Under the pieces are notes generated by a model. That model did not search any database. It was not told the origin of the DNA and worked only from the letters and a program-made list of their open reading frames with translations. Source: Thermoflexales bacterium (lineage in GTDB: Bacteria; Chloroflexota; Anaerolineae; B4-G1). Taken from it: DNA of 35,235 nucleotides. Shown here one piece after another: positions 8,315 through 17,072 of the stretch. Both the position numbers and the translations under genes were made by a program. The stretch lies in assembly GCA_007123205.1 (NCBI GenBank), contig SKLM01000115.1:1-35235 (forward strand), given 5' to 3'. The first letter of the stretch is position 1. The number at the start of each line of letters is the position of its first letter.

Positions 8315-9568
8315 CTAGTCGCCAATCAGAATCGTCTCGATAGTGTCCGGTTGCGGCTGATCGGGCCCGCGGGTTCTCGCGGTGAGCCTCTCGGCGACAT
8401 CCATACCTTCGACTACGCGGCCTATGATGGTGAAACTCCCCGTCATCTGAGGCTGGGGCGTGTAGGTGATGAAGAATGAGCTGCTATTCATGTCGGGAGC
8501 ACCGATGTACAGAGCAAGGAGACCGGCCTCGTCGAAGGTGAGATCATCTGTGGTCTCGTCCTCGCAGTAGTAGCCCGGGAAAGGCAACGCAGTCCCCGAA
8601 TTGCTCGGGTCCCCGCTCAGAGCAACCTGCTCGTGGTTCACGAAGAAGAAATCGAGGCCGTCATACCATCCCTGTTGGGCCAGGAAAGCGAAGCTGTTGA
8701 CGTTGGTAGGCGCCTGGTCAGCGAAGAGCTCAACCCTGATGTCGCCCTTGCTCGTGCGGATTGTCGCCGTGTAGTCCTCGGCGGGTTCGATGACCTGAGG
8801 TGGTGGCGATTGGTACATCTTGTCGCGCACGCTAACCATGCCGATGAAGCCTTCGAGTTGACCGAAGCCGCCAAACTGCTGAGTCGGATAGAAGATGTCG
8901 TTGACGACGTAGGTAGGAGTCGCCAGCTGTCCGTACTCACTATAGGCGTCATAGTCGGCCAAGATCTGATCCCGGTAGACGTGGTTCGTGAGGGCGTCTT
9001 CGAAGCGTTCGGTATCGAGCTCCAGAGCTTCAGCATAGTCGACGAGGGTCCCCAGGAGCTGGTCCTCTGAGAGGCCTCGCCATTCCTGCTGGTTCTCGTA
9101 AAGCAGGTCATGCATCTCCCAGAACTTCCCCTGAGCGGCGGCTGCCTCCGAGGCCTCGGCGGTGATGAGGGCCTTATCGTGGATGCCGGTCAAGGGAAGA
9201 TGCCGATAGACGAACCGGATGTCGTCGCCATATATGTCCCTCAGGTAATGACGCAATGTGTGCAGCCCAGAGCAGGCCGGGCACTCGAAGTCGGCGTACT
9301 CGATGAACGTGATCGCAGCGTCCTCGGGACCCACAGCGTGGTCGTCCTCGGTGATGGGCGGAACCGGCGACGCGGGCGGAAGGGTGAAGACCTGGCAGGT
9401 TGCTGCTGCGGTGGGCACCTCAGGGGTGGCTGGATCGTCAAGACTCGCATCCGGCGTCGGAGGCACGGGAGAGGGAGAGGGCGGGGGGGTGGCCTCCGGA
9501 GCGGGTTGGGCACAGCCGGCCGCGAACCCGAATAGGAACACGAGCGACATTATGAAGACTCTACGCAC
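8315..9568 (-). CDS. lipoprotein fusing a DsbA/thioredoxin-like domain to a cyclophilin-type PPIase domain
   Basis: Lipobox AAGC, Pro-rich linker, EYADFECPAC, YRHLPL, AQGKFWEMHDLLY, TPT; then ATIRTSKGDIRVELFADQAP, GWYDGLDF, SFFITY, IIGRVVEGMDV. RBS AGGAGG. Confidence 0.88.
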   Translation of the reverse strand: MRRVFIMSLVFLFGFAAGCAQPAPEATPPPSPSPVPPTPDASLDDPATPEVPTAAATCQVFTLPPASPVPPITEDDHAVGPEDAAITFIEYADFECPACSGLHTLRHYLRDIYGDDIRFVYRHLPLTGIHDKALITAEASEAAAAQGKFWEMHDLLYENQQEWRGLSEDQLLGTLVDYAEALELDTERFEDALTNHVYRDQILADYDAYSEYGQLATPTYVVNDIFYPTQQFGGFGQLEGFIGMVSVRDKMYQSPPPQVIEPAEDYTATIRTSKGDIRVELFADQAPTNVNSFAFLAQQGWYDGLDFFFVNHEQVALSGDPSNSGTALPFPGYYCEDETTDDLTFDEAGLLALYIGAPDMNSSSFFITYTPQPQMTGSFTIIGRVVEGMDVAERLTARTRGPDQPQPDTIETILIGD

Positions 9569-9994
9569 GACAACCTCCTGATCTTGGTACGACGCCAGCT
9601 AAGACGACGCTGAGTTCTGAGCCAACGAACCGCATTTGACCGGCCCGGGCGATGGGACCTCAACCTGGGCAGGACGGGGGCACTGGTCATCGCGAGGGAG
9701 AGCGGTCGAACTGCAAGACCTTTGGCCCTCTGATGACGACAACCAGTTGAGGCAGCGGTCCCGCTCGATCAGGGCGCGTCGCAGGCGCAGGATGTCTCAG
9801 GCTGAAATCAACGCTTAGTATAGGAACGGGATTGTACCATACAAAGCCGAGGTCGACCATACGATGGCGAAGCAGCGTTTGAGGATCCTTCCTAGCGGCA
9901 CGGCAATGCCGGGCCGGATCTCTCCCCAGGAGGTGAGGGGCGGATGGGCTGGAGCTGGCTGGGGTGGTCGCTTCGACCCACGAGGTCGAGGTGC

Positions 9995-10023
9995 TTGGCA
10001 GGCATTGGTATCCGAGGTACAAT
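9995..10023 (+). promoter_or_regulatory. sigma70-type promoter upstream of pcm
   Basis: TTGGCA (9995-10000), 17 bp, TACAAT (10018-10023). Confidence 0.55.
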
Positions 10024-10367
10024 TCGGTGACAGGTAGAGATAGGCAGCGAGAAGGTTGCCCACCTGATGGTGATCCTTGATGGTGATCCGGGATAAGGTG
10101 GTTGCAGCCCAGTGCGGCGATTATGACAGGGCCACTGAGGCAGCCTGTATGGGTGGCGTGAAGGCAGCATTATTGCTGCTCGAAGCAGGGCCTACGCCGC
10201 GACATCCGCGCATTCGTCGTACGACAACCTCAGACGAGTGAGAAGGCTGTTACTGTGGACGACCGAGGAGAACAAGGGGGCCATACTCGGTCCAAGAGGA
10301 GTGAGATGCTTCGCGGCCATTTCTCCAGGGAGACGGGCAAGCCGGGCTCAGAGTCTGCTCTCTGTCA

Positions 10368-11027
10368 GTGAGCGGCCGGAATCGAACAATGCGAGAGCCT
10401 ATGGTCTTTCAAGCGATCAGGAGTCGAGGTGTCACGGACGAGCGTGTTCTCCAAGCTATGGAGAACGTCCCCCGCCACTTGTTCGTGCCAGAGGATCAGC
10501 GGGACGCGGCTTATGGGGACTACCCGCTCCCGATTGGGTTTGGTCAGACCATCTCCCAGCCTTATGTCGTCGCGATGATGACGGAACTGCTGGAGTTGGC
10601 AGAGGGTGACCGCGTTCTGGAAGTGGGCACGGGCTCGGGCTATCAGGCAGCGGTGCTGGCTGAGCTCCCCGACGTGGAAGTGTACACCGTTGAGATCATC
10701 CCAGAGCTGGCGGAGAAGGCCAAGGAGACGCTGGAATCACTGGGCTACACTAATGTCCACCTGAAGCAGGGGGACGGCTACCACGGTTGGCCCGAGCACG
10801 CTCCCTTCGATGGCATCATTGTCACCGCTGCCCCAGACCACGTTCCAGCACCGTTGAAGGAACAGCTGGCCGTGGGGGGACGGATGGTGGTCCCTATTGG
10901 ACCGCGGGGGGGCTACCAGACTCTGTGGAAGTTCGTGAAGCAGCCCGACGGAGAGCTCACCGCCCACAACGAAGGTGGCGTCGCGTTCGTCCCCTTCACC
11001 GGGGAGGCCGCCCGAAGGGCCGAGTAG
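10368..11027 (+). CDS. pcm: protein-L-isoaspartate O-methyltransferase
   Basis: VPRHLFVP, AYGDYPLPIGFGQTISQPY, VLEVGTGSGYQAA, APFDGIIVTAA. Start is uncertain (GTG 10368 or ATG 10389). Confidence 0.93.
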   Translation: MSGRNRTMREPMVFQAIRSRGVTDERVLQAMENVPRHLFVPEDQRDAAYGDYPLPIGFGQTISQPYVVAMMTELLELAEGDRVLEVGTGSGYQAAVLAELPDVEVYTVEIIPELAEKAKETLESLGYTNVHLKQGDGYHGWPEHAPFDGIIVTAAPDHVPAPLKEQLAVGGRMVVPIGPRGGYQTLWKFVKQPDGELTAHNEGGVAFVPFTGEAARRAE

Positions 11028-11040
11028 GGACAGGGGCCGG

Positions 11041-12240
11041 CTAGACGTCTCCCCGATTCAGCCACACGGAGCTCACAAGCAGGGTGACGGGGATCAGCAC
11101 CAGTGAGGCGACGATAGGATACGACGAATCCGCCGCGTAAAGCCAGCCGGCCGTATAGGGAGCAAGCACCTGAGCCGCAGCGATGGCTGTCTCCGTGGCC
11201 CCCAGCACCAGCCCACGATCCTCCTGATCGGCCAGAGTGGTTGCCTGGGCCTGGGTCAAGGATCGGCATCCCTGATAAGCGCCGCGCAGTAGATAAGCCA
11301 CCGCGAGGACGGGGAACGTGGCGGCAAGGAGGAGGACCAGGGCAGAGAACCAGACGAGGCCCTGACCGACCAACAATGCCCTGGACGGATGGAGGAGCGA
11401 TGATTGGGTCGTCGTCCGGACCCGAGGTGCACCCTCATCACGGAAAGGGTCCTGTCGAGCGGCGCCATCGCTCAGACGTCCGAGGAGCGGACCGAGAAAG
11501 GCGGCGCCCAGGGCTTGGAAGGAACCGAGCGCCCCGATCTGGGCTATGCTCCAGCCGCCACCGTGTTTCAGGAAGTTGGACGCGAGAGGATAGCTGAGGA
11601 ACATCGCGGCAAACATAAGCCAGACGACAGCGGCGAAGGAAAGGAAGCGTCGATTGAGCAGCGACTCCCACTGGCGACGTCGATGGGAGCGGGGTTTCGC
11701 CGGCTGGGGGGAGACGTGGAGCACGGTCAACATGGAGAGGGCAAAGACCAGAGCTGAAACGAAGTAGACCATCCGCATGCTCGTGGCCTCGGCTATCCAG
11801 CCGCCGACAGGGGGAGAGAGCACACCCCCGATAGCGTAACCAGCGAAGACAGTGGTGAAGGTCCGCGCCAGACGGCGGCCGCCTACCGAATGGGCGAGGT
11901 ATGCATTGATCACCGGGACGCAGTAGGCCGAGAGCGCGTAGATCAAGAGACCAGGGATGAGACCCTGCCAGCTGCGTGCCGCGCCCACCACCAGAACCCC
12001 CGCTACACCGACCATCCATCCGCCAACCACGAGCCGCTTGCGTGGTATCCGATCGGCCATTATGCCTCCGGGCAGATAGACGGCTGCCCGGATGACGGCA
12101 GCGGCGGAAAGAACTGTTCCAAGTTGGACAGGATCAGCGCCGAGTTGCTCGATGTACAGAGGCTCGATGTAGAAGAAGAGCCCCTCCCCGAAGCCCCAAA
12201 GGAGGAGGGCCAGTGCGATCAGACGGACGTCACGATTCAT
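11041..12240 (-). CDS. MFS transporter
   Basis: About 12 hydrophobic segments; motif A-like GGIMADRIPRKR and GRLSD. Confidence 0.85.
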   Translation of the reverse strand: MNRDVRLIALALLLWGFGEGLFFYIEPLYIEQLGADPVQLGTVLSAAAVIRAAVYLPGGIMADRIPRKRLVVGGWMVGVAGVLVVGAARSWQGLIPGLLIYALSAYCVPVINAYLAHSVGGRRLARTFTTVFAGYAIGGVLSPPVGGWIAEATSMRMVYFVSALVFALSMLTVLHVSPQPAKPRSHRRRQWESLLNRRFLSFAAVVWLMFAAMFLSYPLASNFLKHGGGWSIAQIGALGSFQALGAAFLGPLLGRLSDGAARQDPFRDEGAPRVRTTTQSSLLHPSRALLVGQGLVWFSALVLLLAATFPVLAVAYLLRGAYQGCRSLTQAQATTLADQEDRGLVLGATETAIAAAQVLAPYTAGWLYAADSSYPIVASLVLIPVTLLVSSVWLNRGDV

Positions 12241-12539
12241 AGGCAATGGGCAAAGATGCGATAATTGGCGGGCGGGCCATCACGCAACGTTGGCGGCGAA
12301 CAGGATGTAGCGACGGGCTTGCCGATATGGAACTCCAGCGCCAGCGAGACCGATCCCCTGACCGAGGCGCGGCGCCGCAGCAATTCTACATCGCTGTCCC
12401 TGTTTCGACAACGGGAGTTCAAGGGTGTGGAGAGGGTGGTGTTTGGCTCGATGAGTGGGGCTGATGGGGCGAGCGGATTGATGCCCAAGGTGACGTCGCG
12501 CTGGTAGAGCCGAGGGGATCCCGGCTCACGGCCCGGCAC
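12237..12539 (-). CDS. possible small hypothetical protein or gene remnant
   Basis: Fills an otherwise empty gap; stop overlaps the MFS ATG (ATGA); mostly G/C third positions. No recognisable motif. Confidence 0.22.
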   Translation of the reverse strand: MPGREPGSPRLYQRDVTLGINPLAPSAPLIEPNTTLSTPLNSRCRNRDSDVELLRRRASVRGSVSLALEFHIGKPVATSCSPPTLRDGPPANYRIFAHCL

Positions 12540-12623
12540 CGCCGGGCTGGGTCTCTGTTCCAGGGGGAGAGGTGATATGCTCGGCAGATCGGTGGGGTGG
12601 GACTACTGGTATGGGAGGCGCTG

Positions 12624-13163
12624 ATGGGAAGGACACTGCTACTGACCGGGCGACCGGGCATCGGGAAGACGACGATTATCAAGGAAGTAGCGGACAGGCT
12701 GGGAGACCGGGCCGGAGGATTCTACACGGAGGAGATCCGCGATCAACGGGGGCGTCGAGAGGGCTTCCGACTGGTGACTCTGGACGGCGACGAAGCGGTG
12801 ATGGCTCACACGGATCTTCGAAGGGGGAGCCGACCAGAGGTCGGCCGCTACGGGGTGGACCTGGCGGCCGTCGACGAGGTCGGGGTAGGCGCGCTCCGGC
12901 GGGCGATGGCGTCGGATCTCGTGGTCATCGTGGACGAGGTGGGGAAGATGGAACTGTTCAGCGAGGCCTTCAGGATGGTCGTCCGTGAAGCCGTGGTAGG
13001 CCCTAATCCGGTTCTGGGCACGGTTATGACGGGGACGCACTCCTGGGTTGACGAACTGAGGAGAAGACCAGAGGTAGAGGTGTGGGTCATCACGCCCGAG
13101 AACCGAGACGCATTAGCTAAGCGAATCTGGAGATGGCTTGGCGTTGACGCTGGGTCCAAATGA
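12624..13163 (+). CDS. THEP1/NTPase_1 family nucleoside triphosphatase
   Basis: LTGRPGIGKTT, GGFYTEEIR, GRYGVD, VIVDEVGKMEL; RBS GGAGG before ATG 12624. Confidence 0.88.
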   Translation: MGRTLLLTGRPGIGKTTIIKEVADRLGDRAGGFYTEEIRDQRGRREGFRLVTLDGDEAVMAHTDLRRGSRPEVGRYGVDLAAVDEVGVGALRRAMASDLVVIVDEVGKMELFSEAFRMVVREAVVGPNPVLGTVMTGTHSWVDELRRRPEVEVWVITPENRDALAKRIWRWLGVDAGSK

Positions 13164-13172
13164 CGGTACAAT
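13144..13172 (+). promoter_or_regulatory. sigma70-type promoter for the ycf45-like/tmk unit
   Basis: TTGACG (13144-13149), 17 bp, TACAAT (13167-13172). Confidence 0.7.
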
Positions 13173-13328
13173 GATGTCGAGGAAGGGTCTGCCGACCGGG
13201 GGTTCGTGACACGGCACGCAAGGATGTGATGAGCTTCCGGAGGCTGAAGTCTGGGCAGGGCACGCGGTCGGCAGACGAGTTGATGTCAAGGGATCGAGTT
13301 TCCAGACGTTCAGCAGCTGACGCAAGAT

Positions 13329-14915
13329 ATGGTTGACGAAAGAGATCATCTGTATAACCACATAACTGACAATCTGGATGCGATGATGGGCATCCTTCCG
13401 GACGACATTCGAGCTGTTCTGGAGAAGAAAGGCCGGCGCGATGACCTATTGGAGGTCATCCTAGACCTTGGACGTGTGCCCACGGCGCGTTATACGGACG
13501 GCGAGATCGTGCTTCGGGAGATGGAGGTGAACCGGGGCGAGATCCAGCAGGTCGTAGAACGGATCGGGGAGTTTGACGAGGACAATCGCGCCGGGATTGC
13601 TCGGACGCTGCACCGGATCGCCGCGATCCGCAATCGGAAAGGCGACGTGGTGGGGTTGACGTGCCGCGTGGGAAGGGCCGTGTTCGGCACCATCTCGATC
13701 ATCCAGGACATCGTTGAGAGCGGCAGCAGTATCCTGCTGCTGGGACGCCCGGGCGTTGGGAAGACGACGATGCTGCGTGAGGCAGCTCGTGTTCTGGCGG
13801 AGAAGAAGCGGGTTGTCATCGTAGACACGTCCAACGAGATCGGAGGGGACGGCGATATCCCCCATCCGGCCATAGGTCGAGCGCGGCGAATGCAGGTGGA
13901 GGCTCCTGCGCTGCAGCACGAGGTGATGATCGAGGCCGTGGAGAACCACAATCCCGAAGTGATCGTCATCGACGAGATCGGTCGGGAGCTGGAAGCCGTG
14001 GCAGCGCGAACCATCGCGGAGCGGGGCGTGCAGCTTATCGGAACCGCTCACGGGAACACGCTGGACAATCTGCTCATGAATCCAACGTTGTCTGACCTGG
14101 TCGGCGGTGTCGAGAGTGTGACCCTATCGGATGAGGAGGCGCGCCGACGCAAGACACAGAAGACGATCTTGGAGCGGCGCGCGCCCCCGACGTTTGACGT
14201 CTTGATTGAGTTGGAGGCACGACAGCGGCTGATCGTCCACGAGAGTGTGGCCCATTCTGTGGATGCCCTGCTGAGAGGGCAGGCGCGTCTGCAGGTTGAG
14301 CGGCGGTACCGGGATGCGTCGGGACAGATCGCGAGCGAGAGGACGACACCCGTGTCCTTGCAGGACCGTGAGCGGGGGCAGAGAGGCCTACGCGGAGAGT
14401 CGATGGTCGGGCAGCCGGTGGTGTCCGAAGCACAGACGATACTCGCCGCAGGCGAAGAACCAATCCACGTCTACTCATACGGGATCAACCGGAATCGGCT
14501 GCAGAGAGCGGCGAAGCGTGTGCACGCGCCGATCCACTTGGTGAAGGATATGGCGGAGGCGGATCTGATGGTCACGACGAAGGAGTTCTACGGCCACCGC
14601 ACCAAGGTGATCCAGGAGGCAGAGCAGCGAGACCTGCCAATCTACGTATTGCGCAGCGACACCATCGGTCAGATGCAGAGCTGTCTCGGGGAGGTTTTCC
14701 ACATCGAGAGCGGGGATGCCAAGCTGCTGGATCAGGCGCTGGCAGAGGCCGAGAGGGCCATCGACCAGGTACTGGGCGGTGAGGTGGAAGCCATCCTCTC
14801 TCCACAGAATGCGTACGTTCGGCGCCGGCAGCACGAACTGGCGAGGGCAGCGGATCTCGCGTCGATGTCCCGGGGCAAAGAGCCTCATCGGCGCGTGCGC
14901 ATCTCTCAGAGGTAG
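13329..14915 (+). CDS. Ycf45/SpoIIIAA-like AAA ATPase with C-terminal R3H domain
   Basis: LEVILDLGR, TLHRI, GRPGVGKTT, DTSNEIGGDG, VIVIDEIG, GTAHG; R3H motif LSPQNAYVRRRQH...SRGKEPHRRV. Confidence 0.9.
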   Translation: MVDERDHLYNHITDNLDAMMGILPDDIRAVLEKKGRRDDLLEVILDLGRVPTARYTDGEIVLREMEVNRGEIQQVVERIGEFDEDNRAGIARTLHRIAAIRNRKGDVVGLTCRVGRAVFGTISIIQDIVESGSSILLLGRPGVGKTTMLREAARVLAEKKRVVIVDTSNEIGGDGDIPHPAIGRARRMQVEAPALQHEVMIEAVENHNPEVIVIDEIGRELEAVAARTIAERGVQLIGTAHGNTLDNLLMNPTLSDLVGGVESVTLSDEEARRRKTQKTILERRAPPTFDVLIELEARQRLIVHESVAHSVDALLRGQARLQVERRYRDASGQIASERTTPVSLQDRERGQRGLRGESMVGQPVVSEAQTILAAGEEPIHVYSYGINRNRLQRAAKRVHAPIHLVKDMAEADLMVTTKEFYGHRTKVIQEAEQRDLPIYVLRSDTIGQMQSCLGEVFHIESGDAKLLDQALAEAERAIDQVLGGEVEAILSPQNAYVRRRQHELARAADLASMSRGKEPHRRVRISQR

Positions 14916-14928
14916 GCTTGAGGGCAGC

Positions 14929-15567
14929 GTGTCGAGGGGCACTTTCATCACCTTTGAGGGCCCGGACGGTAGCGGCAAGACCACACAGGCCCGGCTTCTG
15001 GTAGAGTGGCTTGGGGATCAGGGCTATGAGGCGCTCCTTACGCGGGAACCGGGGGGCACCGCGATAGGCGACCAGATCCGGAACGTACTGCACCGCCCCG
15101 ACAACGTGGGGATGGACCCCCGGACTGAGTTTCTGCTCTATTCGGCTTCGCGCGCCCAGCACGTCTCACAGGTCATCCTGCCGGCCCTGGCGGCCGGCAA
15201 CGTCGTGGTCTGCGATCGATACGCAGACAGCTCCCGCGCCTATCAAGGATATGGTCGGGGCCTCGCTCTGGAGATGGTGGAGATGATCACCGGTTTTGCG
15301 ACGCAGAGCTTGACACCCGATATCACATTGTACCTCGATATCCCCCCACGTGAAGGGCTAGAGCGGCGGGTGCTGGGCGGGGAAGAATGGAACCGGATGG
15401 ACGCGGAGGCTCTTGCCTTCCATCAACGCGTCCGCTCAGGCTACCTGGAGCTAGCCGGTGCGGACCCAGCCCGTTGGAGCGTGCTCAGCGCCAATCGCCC
15501 ATTGGAAGAGCTACAGGCTGAGGTTCGAGCCGTGGTTTCCGCGCATCGGAAACTGGTCGCGAAGTAG
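14929..15567 (+). CDS. tmk: thymidylate kinase
   Basis: FITFEGPDGSGKTT, TREPGGT, SRAQH, CDRYADSSRAYQG. Confidence 0.95.
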   Translation: MSRGTFITFEGPDGSGKTTQARLLVEWLGDQGYEALLTREPGGTAIGDQIRNVLHRPDNVGMDPRTEFLLYSASRAQHVSQVILPALAAGNVVVCDRYADSSRAYQGYGRGLALEMVEMITGFATQSLTPDITLYLDIPPREGLERRVLGGEEWNRMDAEALAFHQRVRSGYLELAGADPARWSVLSANRPLEELQAEVRAVVSAHRKLVAK

Positions 15568-15624
15568 CGAGATGCGGGTGGTGGGTTGTCCACGAAGGCC
15601 CGGCGCAGAGTGCTCTCCAGGGGC

Positions 15625-16029
15625 TCAGAAATCGTACGGCTCCGATCCAAACCCCTCATCCCCTTCGCCCATAAGGTCCGGCATAGACTTCTCGATATCC
15701 TCCGGACTCTCACCTGATTCAAGCCGACCTACCACTTCATCGAACTCGGGGCCGAGATCTTCGCCAGCCTCATCGCTCATCTTGCGCATCCAGCGCCCGA
15801 GGCTCTGGGGGTCGTTCTCGTCGAAATCGGGCAGGCTAGCGGGGTCGGCCAGGTCGTCCAGCCGGCTCTCCTCGGACCTGACAACAAGGACGCGGGACAT
15901 CAGGCGTGTGAGACGTGTCCCCTGGCAATGAGGACAGGCGGGCTCCGCCTCTCGCGCCTGGGTGAAAGTGCGCCAGTAGATCGAGATGCGGCGTTGGCAC
16001 TCGTGACAGAAGTATTCGTAGATTGGCAT
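15625..16029 (-). CDS. FmdB-family zinc-ribbon protein with acidic C-terminal extension
   Basis: MPIYEYFCHEC...CPHC; RBS GGAGG before ATG 16029. Confidence 0.85.
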   Translation of the reverse strand: MPIYEYFCHECQRRISIYWRTFTQAREAEPACPHCQGTRLTRLMSRVLVVRSEESRLDDLADPASLPDFDENDPQSLGRWMRKMSDEAGEDLGPEFDEVVGRLESGESPEDIEKSMPDLMGEGDEGFGSEPYDF

Positions 16030-16206
16030 GATCACCTCCCACTTTTCTCGCACCTTGACGATCCGGTTGCCCGTCTGCGGACAGCTCACCGGCTCCCAAT
16101 CCTTTACGTCTCACTAGACGAACGGCTCTTGGCCAGGTCCGAAATTCGGGGCTCGCGACAGACTCAGCAGGACGGGCCGAGCGAGATTCGGTCCACTAAG
16201 ACTACG

Positions 16207-16235
16207 AATATACCAACTTAACCGACAGACTGCAA
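16207..16235 (-). promoter_or_regulatory. sigma70-type promoter for the FmdB-family gene
   Basis: Minus strand TTGCAG, 17 bp, TATATT, with upstream TG. Confidence 0.5.
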
Positions 16236-16248
16236 GTGGAGGGCAACT

Positions 16249-16869
16249 GTGGACAGAGAGTCCCTGTATGATTTCGAGTCCGAGCCGTTGCTGGTGGTGA
16301 TCTCCGGCCCCTCTGGGGTGGGGAAGGATAGCCTGTTGCAAAGCGTGCAGGAACGCGGCTTTCCGTTCCACTTCGTCGTTACCGTCACGGATCGCCCTCC
16401 CCGCTCGAATGAGGTGCATGGGGAGGATTACTTCTTTGTCTCGACCGCGGAGTTCGAGAAGATGATCGAGGCGGATGAACTGATCGAACACGCAGTGGTC
16501 TACGGGCAGTACAAAGGGGTCCCGAGACAGCAAGTTAGGAAGGCGATAGCCTCGGGCAAGGATGTCATCATGCGGGTGGACGTGCAGGGGGCAGCGACTA
16601 TTGGTGAGATAGCTCCGGAGGCCGTGTTGATCTTCTTGAGCGCGTGTTCAGAGGAGGAGTTGGAGGAGCGATTGCGCGGTCGAGGCGGTGACACGCCGAA
16701 ACAGATCGAGCGCAGGATGGCAACCGCCCGAGAGGAGATGAAGAGACTACCAGAGTTTGACTACGTCGTCATCAACCGGAGTGGAAAGCTGGGCTCCGCG
16801 GTCGATGACGTACTCGCTATCATCAGAGCGGAGCATTGTCGGGTTGACCATCGGAAGGTGACGGTATGA
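16249..16869 (+). CDS. gmk: guanylate kinase
   Basis: [44 protein letters not shown]. Confidence 0.95.
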   Translation: MDRESLYDFESEPLLVVISGPSGVGKDSLLQSVQERGFPFHFVVTVTDRPPRSNEVHGEDYFFVSTAEFEKMIEADELIEHAVVYGQYKGVPRQQVRKAIASGKDVIMRVDVQGAATIGEIAPEAVLIFLSACSEEELEERLRGRGGDTPKQIERRMATAREEMKRLPEFDYVVINRSGKLGSAVDDVLAIIRAEHCRVDHRKVTV

Positions 16870-17072
16870 CGACGGGGGAACCGGTTCGGGACGTACGAGT
16901 CGGGGATCAGGCACGTCTACGCAAGCCACATCCTTGCGGCGGCGACGAGTGGCAGGTGACCCGGATCGGAGCGGACATCGGCCTCCGTTGCCTCACCTGC
17001 GGTCGTCGAGTGATGCTGGCGCGCTCTACGTTCGAGAAACGGGCGAGGTCTGTGTCCAGGCATGATGACTAG
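16866..17072 (+). CDS. DUF951 family protein
   Basis: [34 protein letters not shown] matches the DUF951 pattern; ATGA overlap with gmk. Confidence 0.85.
   Translation: MTTGEPVRDVRVGDQARLRKPHPCGGDEWQVTRIGADIGLRCLTCGRRVMLARSTFEKRARSVSRHDD

Noticed and set aside
9270-9300. Selenocysteine in the DsbA-like active site
   Set aside because: Both CPAC positions are ordinary Cys codons with no in-frame TGA.
9569-10300. tmRNA, RNase P or SRP RNA in the large divergent intergenic region
   Set aside because: No tRNA-like ends, no GAGGAAAGTCC, and no SRP CAGG-CCGGAAGG-AGCAG motif recognised on either strand.
13224-13252. TGATGA-stem-TGAAG as a hammerhead ribozyme
   Set aside because: Core deviates (G for the first C, TGAAG for GAAA) and stems I/III are not evident.
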